Source: Ophelia neglecta
Taxonomy: Eukaryota
Length of the DNA: 64,000 nt
Direction: 5' to 3'
NCBI GenBank assembly: GCA_965285935.1
Contig: OZ260661.1
Span: forward strand, 109,430,001 to 109,494,000
The notes beneath the pieces are model-generated. The model did no database searches. It worked only from the letters and a program-made list of their open reading frames with translations, and was not told where the DNA came from. Positions within the stretch are counted from its first letter, which is position 1, and every line of letters begins with the position of its first letter. Position numbers and translations under genes: made by a program. This document shows, piece after piece, positions 1 to 11,337 of this stretch.

Positions 1-3000
1 CCCCTTTGTACCATTTTTAATACCGCTGTGACCATGTCAAGGTGAAGATATTATAGTTTTGATCGAGGATACAAGGTCCTTTATGAATAAGCGCCATACC
101 CAAATAATCAATTTAATATAACCTGCATAATTGATTATGCACACTATTATGCACCCTACGAAAAGGTATATAACCTTACTGATGGCTAATAGTTAGAAAG
201 AAATATAACAATGAATGTTAACTTTATAAAGAAATTATAAGTCATTTTAGAGTTTTAAATATGTATATAAAACCCGATGAAAAGCCAGTGATAAAACTAT
301 ATTGATACGATGATATTTATATATAATGAAATGTAGTATCAGTGACTATTTAGACAATGAAAAAATTGCTTCAGCTGACGCTCGAGGTGTATTTTCTTCT
401 GTAACAACTTTTACGAGTGCGAAGTTAATGGACTGGCAATGTCGGTTAAATTAAAGTGAAGGCGAAAATTATACGTCTTTCAGTATAAATGACAGTATAA
501 AATCGTCAACCTTCAGTGCAGCAGGTTGTTGAAACCGTATTGTACTATGGTGATTTACGCTCGTTGATAATTTTAAAATAAGCCTCTATGCCACAGATTT
601 TGAGAAGCAAGATTTCAGGTGACACATTTCCTTTAAACTTGTAAATGTAAAAAGAAAGAGGAAAAAGGTTTTTTCTGCTTAAATGATTCCAGTAAATATT
701 CAACAGTTAAGCTTGTTCACATTTTACTCTATTGGAATCAATTTTTCCGTTAGATTGAATATATCATAGATAAAATAATATATAAATTAAACTGACTATA
801 GGTTTCAAGCAAACAGTTTGCATTGTAAACATAAAACTTATTACGTGCACTTTAAATGGCATCTTAGTTAAACCCAAAATAACACATTGTTCTGATCATA
901 AACTCATCATGAGAGGTTCGCATGCATATGGATATCAAAAGGCCTTTGGAAAATTTGTTTAAATACCGAAATTGGACTAGCTGATTAATACTATAGGCGT
1001 TCCACTGTCAACGGTGAATTGTTAAGTTGCAAACTTAGCAAAAATGAGAGTGTAAATAACACTGTTATAGTGAAAGGTTGGCTAAAAGGCCAATTTTAGA
1101 CGTGTCAATATGCATTTGCAATAGAGCATCAGACATATACATTGTGAAATTATTTTTTAAACTTTGAATTGTGCTTAAGAATTAAGATTGGTTGGCTCTA
1201 CCTGTTTGCCGGACATGCTATAATTAACCAGGCACGAGCTGACTATAGAAGAGTGAATTTGAAGCCATAACTATTATACTAAATCGATCTAACCATCTCA
1301 CTTCGTTACTTATTAGTCATTTTGATCCCGGGTTGTGTTACACGTTGATGGTAAGGCGCGAGATGTTTCACCATGTTTACCGCGTCGGTGTCATCCCAAA
1401 GGCTTTTAGGTCGGCAATTAAGATACCCCATCTGTGGGTAATTTCTTGCTCCTGGCTTCATATCTTAGGGAGAATGCCACCATAGCATGGCATATCATTG
1501 ATCTCCATGGCCACAAAAAAAACATCCTTTCTAAATATGTATTAACTGTAATTATGTTTGAAACCGTCGCTGTAAATTGAAAGCAAACTATTACCTTCTT
1601 TATGATTTGTTACCAAAATTAACAGTTTTAAAAGGTTGCTCCTTTATATTATCTTCACTTTTATTGCCAAGGTCGTGGATGAACATATAGGTTGCTTTCA
1701 TGCAGCCTCTCTACTTTTTTTGGTGTTTGGCAGAGTATTTATGAGGGTTTTGTGTCGAGATCTCCAAAACATGGCCAGTATAGCTAACTACGTATTAGAA
1801 TTAATTCTGTAAATGCCCCCCGTAAAATTTAATTTCTATTTTATTGTGAAAATTTACAGTTAGGGTAGCAAAACCTCCTCTGATGTTACGTTTTTCGTTC
1901 ATTTCCAAAAGGAAGCATGTGCATAAAGTTTTTTCCCAGATAGATTATGTCACATTTAGTTTTATATATTGCCTCATCTTTTGAAAGTTTCGCATTAATG
2001 TGTGTCAAATTTCGTATTTTTAGGCTGTCCTCGATAATGGCATTTCATCATAATTGCGTCTGAGGGCAATAAACCAATAAAACATTTATACACTTTATTC
2101 ACGCAGTGATTGAAAACTAGATGGTCCTCTTTGGTGGATAATTATGCTTATTCTCAGAATCGAGAAAGTCGGTGAATGGCACAAAATAAATCATTTCCAA
2201 GGGAATTTGCAAGACACTGTCAAAAACATCAAAGAATATTTACGACCACTTACGCGCATTTGCTAAGGAAATACTCGAGAAAGTTTATCGCAATTAGCCT
2301 GGCAAGTCGGGCTTGGAAGAAGGACCACTGCCAAAAAGATGACGAGTGAAAGTCAACAGTTAATCACTGATTTAGGTGCAGTGGAATTTGGTGAAGATAG
2401 GCGCATTCTTATTTGTTTCATAGATATTGATAGAAATTAAAATACACTTTCCTGTACACAAGAATCTCTTACCAAATAAATTGCGATTAAGTTTGTGAAG
2501 GGGGTTTGTATTGGGCCTACTGTTCAAACGTCCTGCACATGATAGCTAATCTCTTACAGGATATGGTAAACGTGAGATATGTGTATGTAAACAGGCAAAA
2601 TTGAATTCCCCGGAAGTGGATACTTTTTTTTTTGAACTTTGGAATGAAGGGCCATAAACCTACGGTACTACTGGTGGGGGAGGGGGGGGGGGGGTCTGGC
2701 ATGTTGTCATACTTGTCCAAATCTTTGTGCTCATATATGCTATCACTAAGTTCATAAAGATAGTTTGATAATCAATACTCAAGTTATTCTTTAGACGAGC
2801 CTCATTGCAGCATTTCACAACCCACGAGCCATAACTCCGGTGATACGTTGATAATCTGTCTGGTTATCCAAAACAATCATACACACAAGTAGCGTCACCA
2901 AGTTTCATAGGGATTGGATAAAATTGACTCAAGTTATTGGCTATATGCATGCCTACCAATAGTGGACACCAACGCCGCCGCATACGATCGAGGTATGCTT

Positions 3001-3068
3001 ACGCCAAAAGTAATACCTATACACATAGACATACTCTATGCTGCCCTAAAGTCGCAAAAAAAACCAAC

Positions 3069-3780
3069 CATGAATCGCGCACAAATTTCGAGTCTTACGC
3101 TATTCATCCGCGATTTGCACATTTCATCATTTTTTCTGACGTGGAACCTCCGTAGGTGTCCGTCGATGTTTGCCGGATCGGTGCTTTACGCGATTCCAGG
3201 TTTTGAACAGCATATTCCTTACGTGGCCAATGCGCGAAATATGCGCGGAATCGATGGCGAAAATGTGGCCACAATCGCGTTCACCGACGACTTTCCACTG
3301 ACGATAAGCAGACATGTGACGCTTATTTCGCGCTTGTAACTTACAAGCGCGAAAGTTTTGTTCAGTGACTTTCAGTGATACGTAGGTGGCACCTACGTAT
3401 CACTGAAAGTCACTGAACAAAAATGATTGGTGTATGTATTCTTGACAGAACACGTAAATAAGCGAATCACGCGCGATTCATGCGCAGTTCAGTAGTGATA
3501 GTGAGCAGATTATGCATAGTTTTCCGTGGACCATTTGTCGCGCATTTAACCCTAATTCGCCTTGTTTGGGGCCTTTGCGTGCCTATGGGCTGAAGCGCGT
3601 CATTTGTTAGGGATTTGTGCGTGATCTTTTGAACGTTAGTTGTTGCCCTATATTCATCGGTGATATTTCATCGCGATTTCATTAGATCAGCGAATATGGT
3701 CGAATTACCGACGGACAAACACGGACAACCAGATTTTAATGCGTTTACGTGCTATTTGGGCTGTGTGACGCCTTTAGACC
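3069..3780. mobile_element. CpG-rich decayed non-autonomous DNA transposon-like segment hosting the palindromes
   Basis: Locally high CG/CGCG density and an internal inverted match (catgaatcgcgc at 3069, gcgcgattcatg at 3471). Termini not resolved. Confidence 0.35.
3326..3422. repeat. Two adjacent perfect palindromes (14-bp and 33-bp arms, 1-nt spacers)
   Basis: tttcgcgcttgtaa-c-ttacaagcgcgaaa (3326-3354), then ttttgttcagtgactttcagtgatacgtaggtg-g-cacctacgtatcactgaaagtcactgaacaaaa (3356-3422). Confidence 0.97.
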
Positions 3781-4499
3781 TACGAGCGACACAATCCGGT
3801 TTCCTTTGAATATAAGCTTCATTGAATTATAATGTATACCAGGAAATGCTGGCGATAGGTAACGTTCGGGTGGATACATGGCGGACAGAGCAAGATTAGT
3901 CACTCAAATCGGTCCGAAATCATCAGGTGACTTCAGATAGCTGCAGACACACAGACGACAAATGCTGGCTTAGCCATATTTTGTCTCCGGAAATGTCAAA
4001 TGCTTGGCATTTATGATTTACTGTCCTCAAATGAAAAAAAAATCACAATGTGAAATTTGTTTTTGCATGAAATAGCTTCGTATATGCGGGCAGTTGCGAA
4101 AGTCGTGTTTGCGAACATTTCAATGGTAACAGACTAGATATGTACAAGACCTACTGCACATATATAATTTTATTAAATCTTTCGTGGCTCACTTGGCACA
4201 TACAATCTAACACCAGAAACTATTGTTTTGTTGGTTTGTATGGCCAATTTAATAATTCAATACTGCACTCAACTTTCACAACCTCATGACTTTCATTAAG
4301 CCTTGAGCTTTCTTATTTTATGTTAGATTGTACATATAAATAGACATATAAAGCATAAGAGAATTGAGTTCGTGTCGTTTCGCAATCTGATTCGAAGGAA
4401 AATGTTAGCAGTTTAGCAGTCGAGGTTTCCGGGTTTTGGTAACTTAACAGTAAGGGAGAAATTTATTCACCTAAATCAAAATTTTCAAAAATATTTAGC

Positions 4500-4737
4500 T
4501 CAATTTTTGTATAAGGCATATAGTGTGCGAAGGGAGTTTTTGTATGCATGAGTCGGTGTGTGTGCTCCGTGCGGGGAGTGTAGCAAGTATTAATATGATG
4601 AATGTGTCTAAAGTGACAAATAAGCCCGGGATGGGCTGGGTCTTTCACTGTTCACCTATGTAATCTATGACTGTGTATATGTATATAAGACTTGTCACTA
4701 TAATAAACAATCAAACAAACAAACAACAACAAAACAG
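4500..4737 (+). mobile_element. Possible 3' end of a non-LTR retroelement (LINE/SINE tail)
   Basis: AATAAA at ~4702 is followed directly by a (CAAA)n-type tail, typical of CR1/L2-related 3' ends. The 5' boundary is approximate. Confidence 0.35.
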
Positions 4738-5057
4738 CAGTTCCTATTAGTGTACCCATAAATACCCGTCATAAATTAAACATTTTCGCACATCGGCTTT
4801 CAACTATAAATTAATTTAATGCTTAAAACAACAACGTGGTCCATTCTTTATATATACATATACACACACATATATATATCCTCTTTATGTGCCCATATAG
4901 CTCACGCCTAGTGTATGGAACACGTGTTATGGAGATCGTTTGAAGGGCCCAATGAGAAGCTTGTTAATAATGTGATAGGGTCACACAGATGATTTGATCT
5001 TTCAATGGTTCGATTTTCTGTGTAGCTGTTGAACGCTGTTTTACCTGTTAGTTTCAC

Positions 5058-5456
5058 TTATACCAGCCACCTAAAGTCTGGAGACTTTAAGAAAAAAATG
5101 TTTAAAATCATACGATGCTAGAAAACAGTGTGCACAAGCTAGTGCTGACGCACGTATTGTCTATGTGTAATTGGTGTGTTTAGAAAAAGGCTGCCTCTAA
5201 TTGGTTTGCTAAGTATGACGTTTGACCTATTTAAACCCGAAGGCAAGTGACGCGTTTTTGCCAGAGCACTGTGTCCCTGGGTGCCGCTGCCTTCTGGTGG
5301 TGACGTCATCGCCGAAAGCAGGCCAAGAGTCATTTGCTTTCTGGCCAATCAGCGTTCACCATGTGAGCGCGTCACACATGCATAGATTACATATTTGATG
5401 CTTCGAGTAGTTATTTTTCGCACAACTAGTCTCCAGACTTTAAGCTGCTGGTATAA
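5058..5456. mobile_element. MITE with 29-bp TIRs, TA-flanked (Tc1/mariner-like)
   Basis: ttataccagccacctaaagtctggagact (5058) versus the reverse complement of agtctccagactttaagctgctggtataa (5428-5456): 26/29 identical. Confidence 0.8.
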
Positions 5457-5507
5457 CATGTCTTGACTTCTTCCCGAACCACACCCCCTCCCCCCCCCCC
5501 TCATTCA

Positions 5508-5714
5508 CACCTTAAATCTATCAACCAACAACATCAGGGCTGGGCTAGTTATTACCTAATCGATATTACGAACATCATCACAAACTGTTATTCCAATGCC
5601 TTCATCACTACCGATTCTTTTATTCAGGACATTCAGATCAAGACTTTTACAGAATTCAATCAATTTTCTCCCATTTACAAGCCTGTCTTCATCATAACGT
5701 AGCAATACAAATGC
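5508..5714 (-). pseudogene. Decayed LINE (CR1/L2-like) APE endonuclease fragment
   Basis: The minus-strand frame reads RYDEDRLVNGRKLIEFCKSLDLNVLNKRIGSDEGIGITVCDDVRNID*VITSPALMLLVDRFKV. This fits the LINE endonuclease pattern N..G..L...C....L..LN.R.G.D.GIG..T.....IDY.I.SP, with the IDY Tyr codon mutated to TAG (5556-5558). Confidence 0.8.
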
Positions 5715-6150
5715 CACCTAGCAGGCACGTATCAACAAATCAACTTTGAAACAAAATTAAAAGTGGTTGATAAGTTGATCAACGCCAATCAACGTTAATA
5801 AGCTACATTTAAGCAGGCTTACATTAATTTTTGGTTAAAATTTGACGTTGAAATCTACCAAAACTTAAATTTACCAAACCACGCCTGAAAACATGTTCTC
5901 TCTATCATCTCCTAGATGGCATACTTATTTATATACTAACAAACAAAAATATCAAAATAATGCTTATTTTCAATACTATGTTAAAATCATTTACCTGTAT
6001 GGCGCTTTTATACTAATGTTAAACTAATGTTAATAATGTCATGTATAAAGATACCAGGTGCTGGGCGTTATAACTATCTCATGCTGGTTGCTTTCGTCAT
6101 CAATTGTTAAATATGTTAATCTCCAGCACATGTTCTTGGAGCATCCATCG

Positions 6151-6587
6151 CCCGGGGGTGGGGGGGGGGGGGGTCATTCAGTCTGGAAATTGGTACATAT
6201 GTGCCACCGAGTCTTCAAATCACAGGCGCAAACTCTACAAAATTGCTGAAAACCGGGGTCGATATTCTACATTTCAGTCAGATATAGGGGTCAAAATTCT
6301 ATATTTCAACCAAATAAAGGGGTCGAAATTCTATATCTTAACCAAATATATAGGGGGAAATTGACATATTAGCAAATTCTAAAGGTGGATATTCTACATT
6401 TAACCTAACTTTATGGATCGACGAATATCTTCATCAACTTTTAGCTAAAAACAGGGGTCGAAATTCTACATGTAGGTAAAAAACAGGGGGTCGAAATTCT
6501 AAATAGGTCGAAAAAGGGGGGTCGAAACGGCGGCACATATATAATAACCTCAGTATACAGAGTGCCCCCCCCCCCCCCCCATCGGGG
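6151..6587. mobile_element. MITE with poly-G/poly-C termini and internal ~33-bp subrepeats
   Basis: The left end cccgg(G)n-tcattc..catatgtgccaccg mirrors the right end cggcacatat..gagtg(C)n-atcgggg. About 8 internal ggggtcgaaattcta units. Candidate 8-bp TSD atccatcg/attcatcg. Confidence 0.7.
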
Positions 6588-7974
6588 ATTCATCGTTGTC
6601 CTGACGCAGTAAGGGTACCATTGAAGCTTCTCTGACACTCGCCTCCCCCCAGTAAATTTGACGGGATAACATAATTTCAAGATATTTTTGTATAAACTTT
6701 AAATTACATTGATAAATCGATTTTACACTGATAAGTGTAATTGAATTGTTAGGATACCATAGAATCAATGAAACAACATGAGATATACTTTCAAATTAAT
6801 ACAAAAATTAACATCTACCCGATGTTTTTGTTATGAACTTTGATGCGCCTGTTGGGCAATTATATAGTTCAGATTTAGAAAGAAAATTGTCATAAACCAT
6901 ATTATCTCTATTTTATCAATAGCCAGACAATGATCACTGTCATAAAAACGTCTATATATAGTACCTGTCCTAACATTGCAGTCGCCTACAGGCATAAGGG
7001 CAGGTTAAAATTTAACCTGTCCTGCATATTCTCGGTGTATATTCAAGACAATCCGGCAAATATATAAACACCTCGTTGGAATAATACTTGAACCTTTATG
7101 AAGAATCTGAGTTTGAATTTGTACTTACTTTTGGCAAGTCCTGTCAGCTGTGGTATATTGTCAAGTATTTCTTTAATATACCGGACATGATACGAGACGG
7201 ACGAATGGGACGACGAAGGGCGGACAGACATGGCCTTAGTGCATCTTGACGCCATCTTGTATTTCGAGTAGCATTTAAGGATTTAGCTTGAGTGCAATAC
7301 CATCCGGGCTAGTTCTAATACTTGTTTGGTACTTTAATTTCAATATAATTTAACTCAGTGATGGGAGCTCGTCACGTATTTTAATTGCAATTGCTGCTTT
7401 AAATGTCTGTGTACACATTTATAAACATTGTACAGAAGAGGCAGTCCCTACATGCTCTGTGAGGGGATGGGGCCCCTGTGTATCACTTTTTAGTTCAATC
7501 TGTGAACCTTTAAGAACATGAAATGTAGAGAGCTGTTGTTATAGGAAACGGTCAAAAACCTGCTTGAAAAGCAATGACGTAACTAATGAAATACAAGTTA
7601 TAACAAGATGTTTTACAACGTGGATAGAGTCTGGACTTACTGGACAGAAACTGGGTCGCTCACGCCGTCTCGCAGGGCAGCCACGGGTTAACTAAATAGA
7701 TTGGTTGGACTTATGTAGGCCATCCGACAAAAAGGGAAACACTTCAACTGAAACACTCTAACTGGAACAAAATGGTATGGACACAATGAGTAGGGCTGAC
7801 AGATACCAACCCCCCCAACCCCCCAACCCCTCACCTCCCAACCCCTCACACCCCAAACTCCACCGGGGGCGGGGGGGGGGGGGTTGAGCCAGAGTCCGCG
7901 GATGATTCGCATGACCCAGAGCCCGGGCCATGACCTTGTTACATATTTAAAGCGGTTAAACTCTGTACTCCATC

Positions 7975-8075
7975 CCCGGGGTGGTTTGGGGGGGGGGGGG
8001 CGGGCGTTGGGGACTCTGCCATTTCCATACATACATACTATATTATAGGTATGTGCACCCGGGCCCGTTTTTGGG
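7975..8075. mobile_element. Partial terminus related to the 6151-6587 MITE family
   Basis: cccggg-(G-rich)-ggactc...ataggtatgtgc resembles the left end of that element. No partner end found. Confidence 0.35.
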
Positions 8076-9107
8076 GTGATTTTCCCCTTGCTAAGCGTTC
8101 CCCAAAAATTCCCCACCGTTTCCTTTTGCTGGAATGTCTTGCTATTTTGAAATTTTAACTTTTTCCAGGCACCAGGAAGTTTATACCAAAGTTAGTTTTT
8201 GTAATATCTATTTGTGTTTGTAAAGTCACATAGCGATAAGAGTCCAAAGCAGTCCCTGCCCCAGGTAAAATGGCTAGATCTATATTGCGACTTCCGGAAA
8301 ATACGTGCCCTTGAAATAGGCTATGTGTCTGACTACCACCCGACGGGGAAATACATTGACTGGTGCATCGACGCATGTATCAAGGGGGATTGGCGAAGAG
8401 TCCCAGACAGTCTACGTCATTTTGGTCCATGAGTGATATCCATATCACCCCATCCCATGTGACCGATTGGAGGATGTTTTGACTCGACAACTCACGTGCG
8501 TGGGACAAAAAGAAGTCAGCTTCACACGAATTTCTGTGTCTATACAAGGGCAAGATATTGAGGTATGTACATGTTAGTTCTTGTCCTTATACATGAAAGT
8601 TACCATGGAATATAGGTTCACCGTTTTAGATAGAGGTGCAGTGCTAAAATCAATGGAAAGTTGAACATTTGACACGGTGGAGGGTGTGCCAGCGGTTGAC
8701 AAAGTGGACAGTAGTAAATGATTGCCACCCCACCTGTCCCGGTTTGCCCGGAGACTCCAGGATTTAGGTATTCTCATGGGAAGAATATCCCCCCGAATAA
8801 TCTCACTGCAAATATAATCAAAAACAAATATATAACTCTCACGGTCGGCACAAAATCTCCCGGCAGTCCGCATTAAACCTCGCGACTTTTACCACTATGA
8901 CACAGTGGGGCTTGTGTTTCCTATAGAGCTTCCTGCAAAAGGCCCGAGAACACACTATGTCTTAGGACAAAAGGTTGACTACCCTGATAGTATATTTGGC
9001 CAGACATGATAAAAGCCTATTCTTTGGTTAAAACCCGTGGCACCAGCAGACATCCACGTGCACTGATTCATGGGGCCTGATTGAAATTAGTGATGTGTGT
9101 TTGTGTC

Positions 9108-9280
9108 GGGGGAAGTGAAGGGAGAGTGGGGGAAGGGGGGGGGGGTAAAGTGAAGGGAGAGGGGGAGGTGAAGGGAGAGGGGAGGAGGTGAAGGGACAGG
9201 GGGAGGAGGTGACAGGATTAGGACTTGGCTAGGTGCCTCCTGAAGTCCCTCCTGAAGTCCCTCCTGAAGTGCCTCCTGAG
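9108..9280. repeat. Purine-rich gtgaaggga repeats followed by a 12-bp tandem x4
   Basis: Repeated gtgaagggagagggg(g)ag units, then gt(g/c)cctcctga(a/g) x4 at 9233-9280. Confidence 0.8.
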
Positions 9281-10244
9281 TAGAGTGCGCTACGAGATGG
9301 AATTTTCTCCTGGGAAATTTCCGCGCTGAACTTTGAGCACTGCAATGTTATGATAAAACCCTATCTTGTTTTTGTTACACATGCAAGTAAAACAAAGGGA
9401 ACATAGGTGCTGGATAAATATCCTTTAAGTTAGTTTTGAAGCCAGCCTTTCATTTTGACCATCAAGTCTCCACAATCAATACCTTGGCCAGCCCTGGGCA
9501 CTTGGGAGGCAAAAAACATTTAATCCCGAGGCACCGAGATCATTCAGCCTAGATTTATTATATGATTGGTCGTTGAACAAATGGGTAAACATGTATATTT
9601 TTGAAGCAGAGAGCCCTTAATTGGCACTCACGATAAGGAAATAACCCGTACGGTTTCATAAAATATAAAGATTGTAAAACGCGAGACTCAATACTCTTGA
9701 AAAAAGGCGAACAGAAATCACGACAGTGATATCGGGCCGTGTCAAACATTAGCTATAACAGTGATCAGGTGATAGTGTAAGTACATCCGTATAAATACTA
9801 GTTTTGTAAAGCTTCCCCGTTCAGTCTTCAGTCCTGGTTGCATATATGCCTAGATAGAAAGTATTAAATTGAAAGATAGCCAGAGTGTCATGTATATGCA
9901 TGTACCTATATAGGGCAAGTCCATGGGCATATTTCAAATTGGTGTTTCATATCGGGCGCCAAAAAACGACCTTAGCCTATGCGGCCGGATTCGCGTTAAC
10001 TACAACTAGCAGCCGCGATAATAGATTTTGCCCAATTAAGCGAGCCTAGTTACGACATTTCACGAAAATGAACAGAACTTTGTATTCATAGAAGTACCAC
10101 GAAAACTAGGACAAGCTCAACAAAACTTGGTACAGTTCTTTCACTGTCACAATGTTTTTGCCAGAAAGGGCATTAGATATGATTTATGTCTTAAAAAACA
10201 TACGGTACCATATGGCAAGATATGATAATAATTAACAATATGTT

Positions 10245-10321
10245 CTTCATATAAGTGGTCTGAATTGACTGGCTGTCCGAATAATGAGGTCGTCTTAAAC
10301 TCTTTAAGACAGATTTCACTG
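10245..10321 (-). mobile_element. Truncated copy of the CAGTGAAACC/'cagaccac' MITE family
   Basis: ataagtggtctgaattg...cagatttcactg|ta matches the copies at 14827, 23796, 23925 and 63827. Confidence 0.6.
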
Positions 10322-11024
10322 TACATGCCTCTATTTATTTTATTACGACAGCAGACAAATCGTCATTTGATCTCAAAAATATACCCAGTGTATACGTATA
10401 TATGACACTGCGTGCATGATTGTACAGGAAAGTTATTGGCATCCATCGTGTCAGTACCCCTTGCCGCGGAATATAGTTCTGCAATTAATTTCGGTTTGAT
10501 GCAAGAATGGTATTATGATTGCATGACTGACTTGTCATATTTGGGAAATGTACCATGATAAGCATTGAAACTAAAACAGTAGTGAACAAGACTCCGAGGG
10601 CATTATAGGCCAGATTCTATTTATCTTTAGACCTGAATTTTCCTTGGAAAAAATCGATGCATAACGGAAATAAAATGAACTAAATACCAAAATTTTCCTG
10701 CTTCTCAAAAAGCCTAACGGTCCTATATATGAAATGCGTACAAATAGTATATTTATCGAGGTCAGACCGAGTGCGGTGGTTACTAGTAAGCAAGTGCCCG
10801 TCTAATACTAAGTTCAATATTTTTTTCGTATTCTTTTTTTTTTAAATGCCTGCATCTATAGATTGTTGATACCCTTCAACCTTGTCAATTTAACCGGTTT
10901 TTTTTTGGAGGGAAGCGATACCCGAAATAGAAAAATTAGCGATATTCTTTCAAAGGGAGTGTGATTGATCATGTATGTAGGCCTATAACATCGCTAAACT
11001 TCCGGCAGCATTTTCAGCAACCTT

Positions 11025-11337
11025 AAGTTGGAGGCAAGTCCCCAGTTCCTAGTTCCTATTCGAATAAGTCCTTGAACTGAAGACAAAGGCTAGTTTCAGT
11101 TCCTAGTTCCTCGTTCACTGTTTCATTTTGGAAGGAACACATATGGAATAGATAGTTATTGATTAACTATAGGACAAACTGTTTCAGTGCCATTTAAGGC
11201 GGTTTGAGGCAATGCATTGGTTCACTTATTCTGCACTTTGAGGGTCGACAACTACAATAAGGATCAGGCTTATATTTGTTCACTCCAAAGAAAAAGTGAA
11301 TATAAGAAACTAGGAAATGGGAGCTAGCTACCAACTT
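11025..11337. mobile_element. MITE with 33-bp degenerate TIRs
   Basis: aagttggaggcaagtccccagttcctagttcct versus the reverse complement of agaaactaggaaatgggagctagctaccaactt: 26/33. There is an internal copy of cagttcctagttcct at 11098. Confidence 0.7.

Noticed and set aside
2914-3339. 141-aa ORF
   Set aside because: Non-ATG start, lies in a CpG-rich repeat-like segment, and has no recognisable motif.
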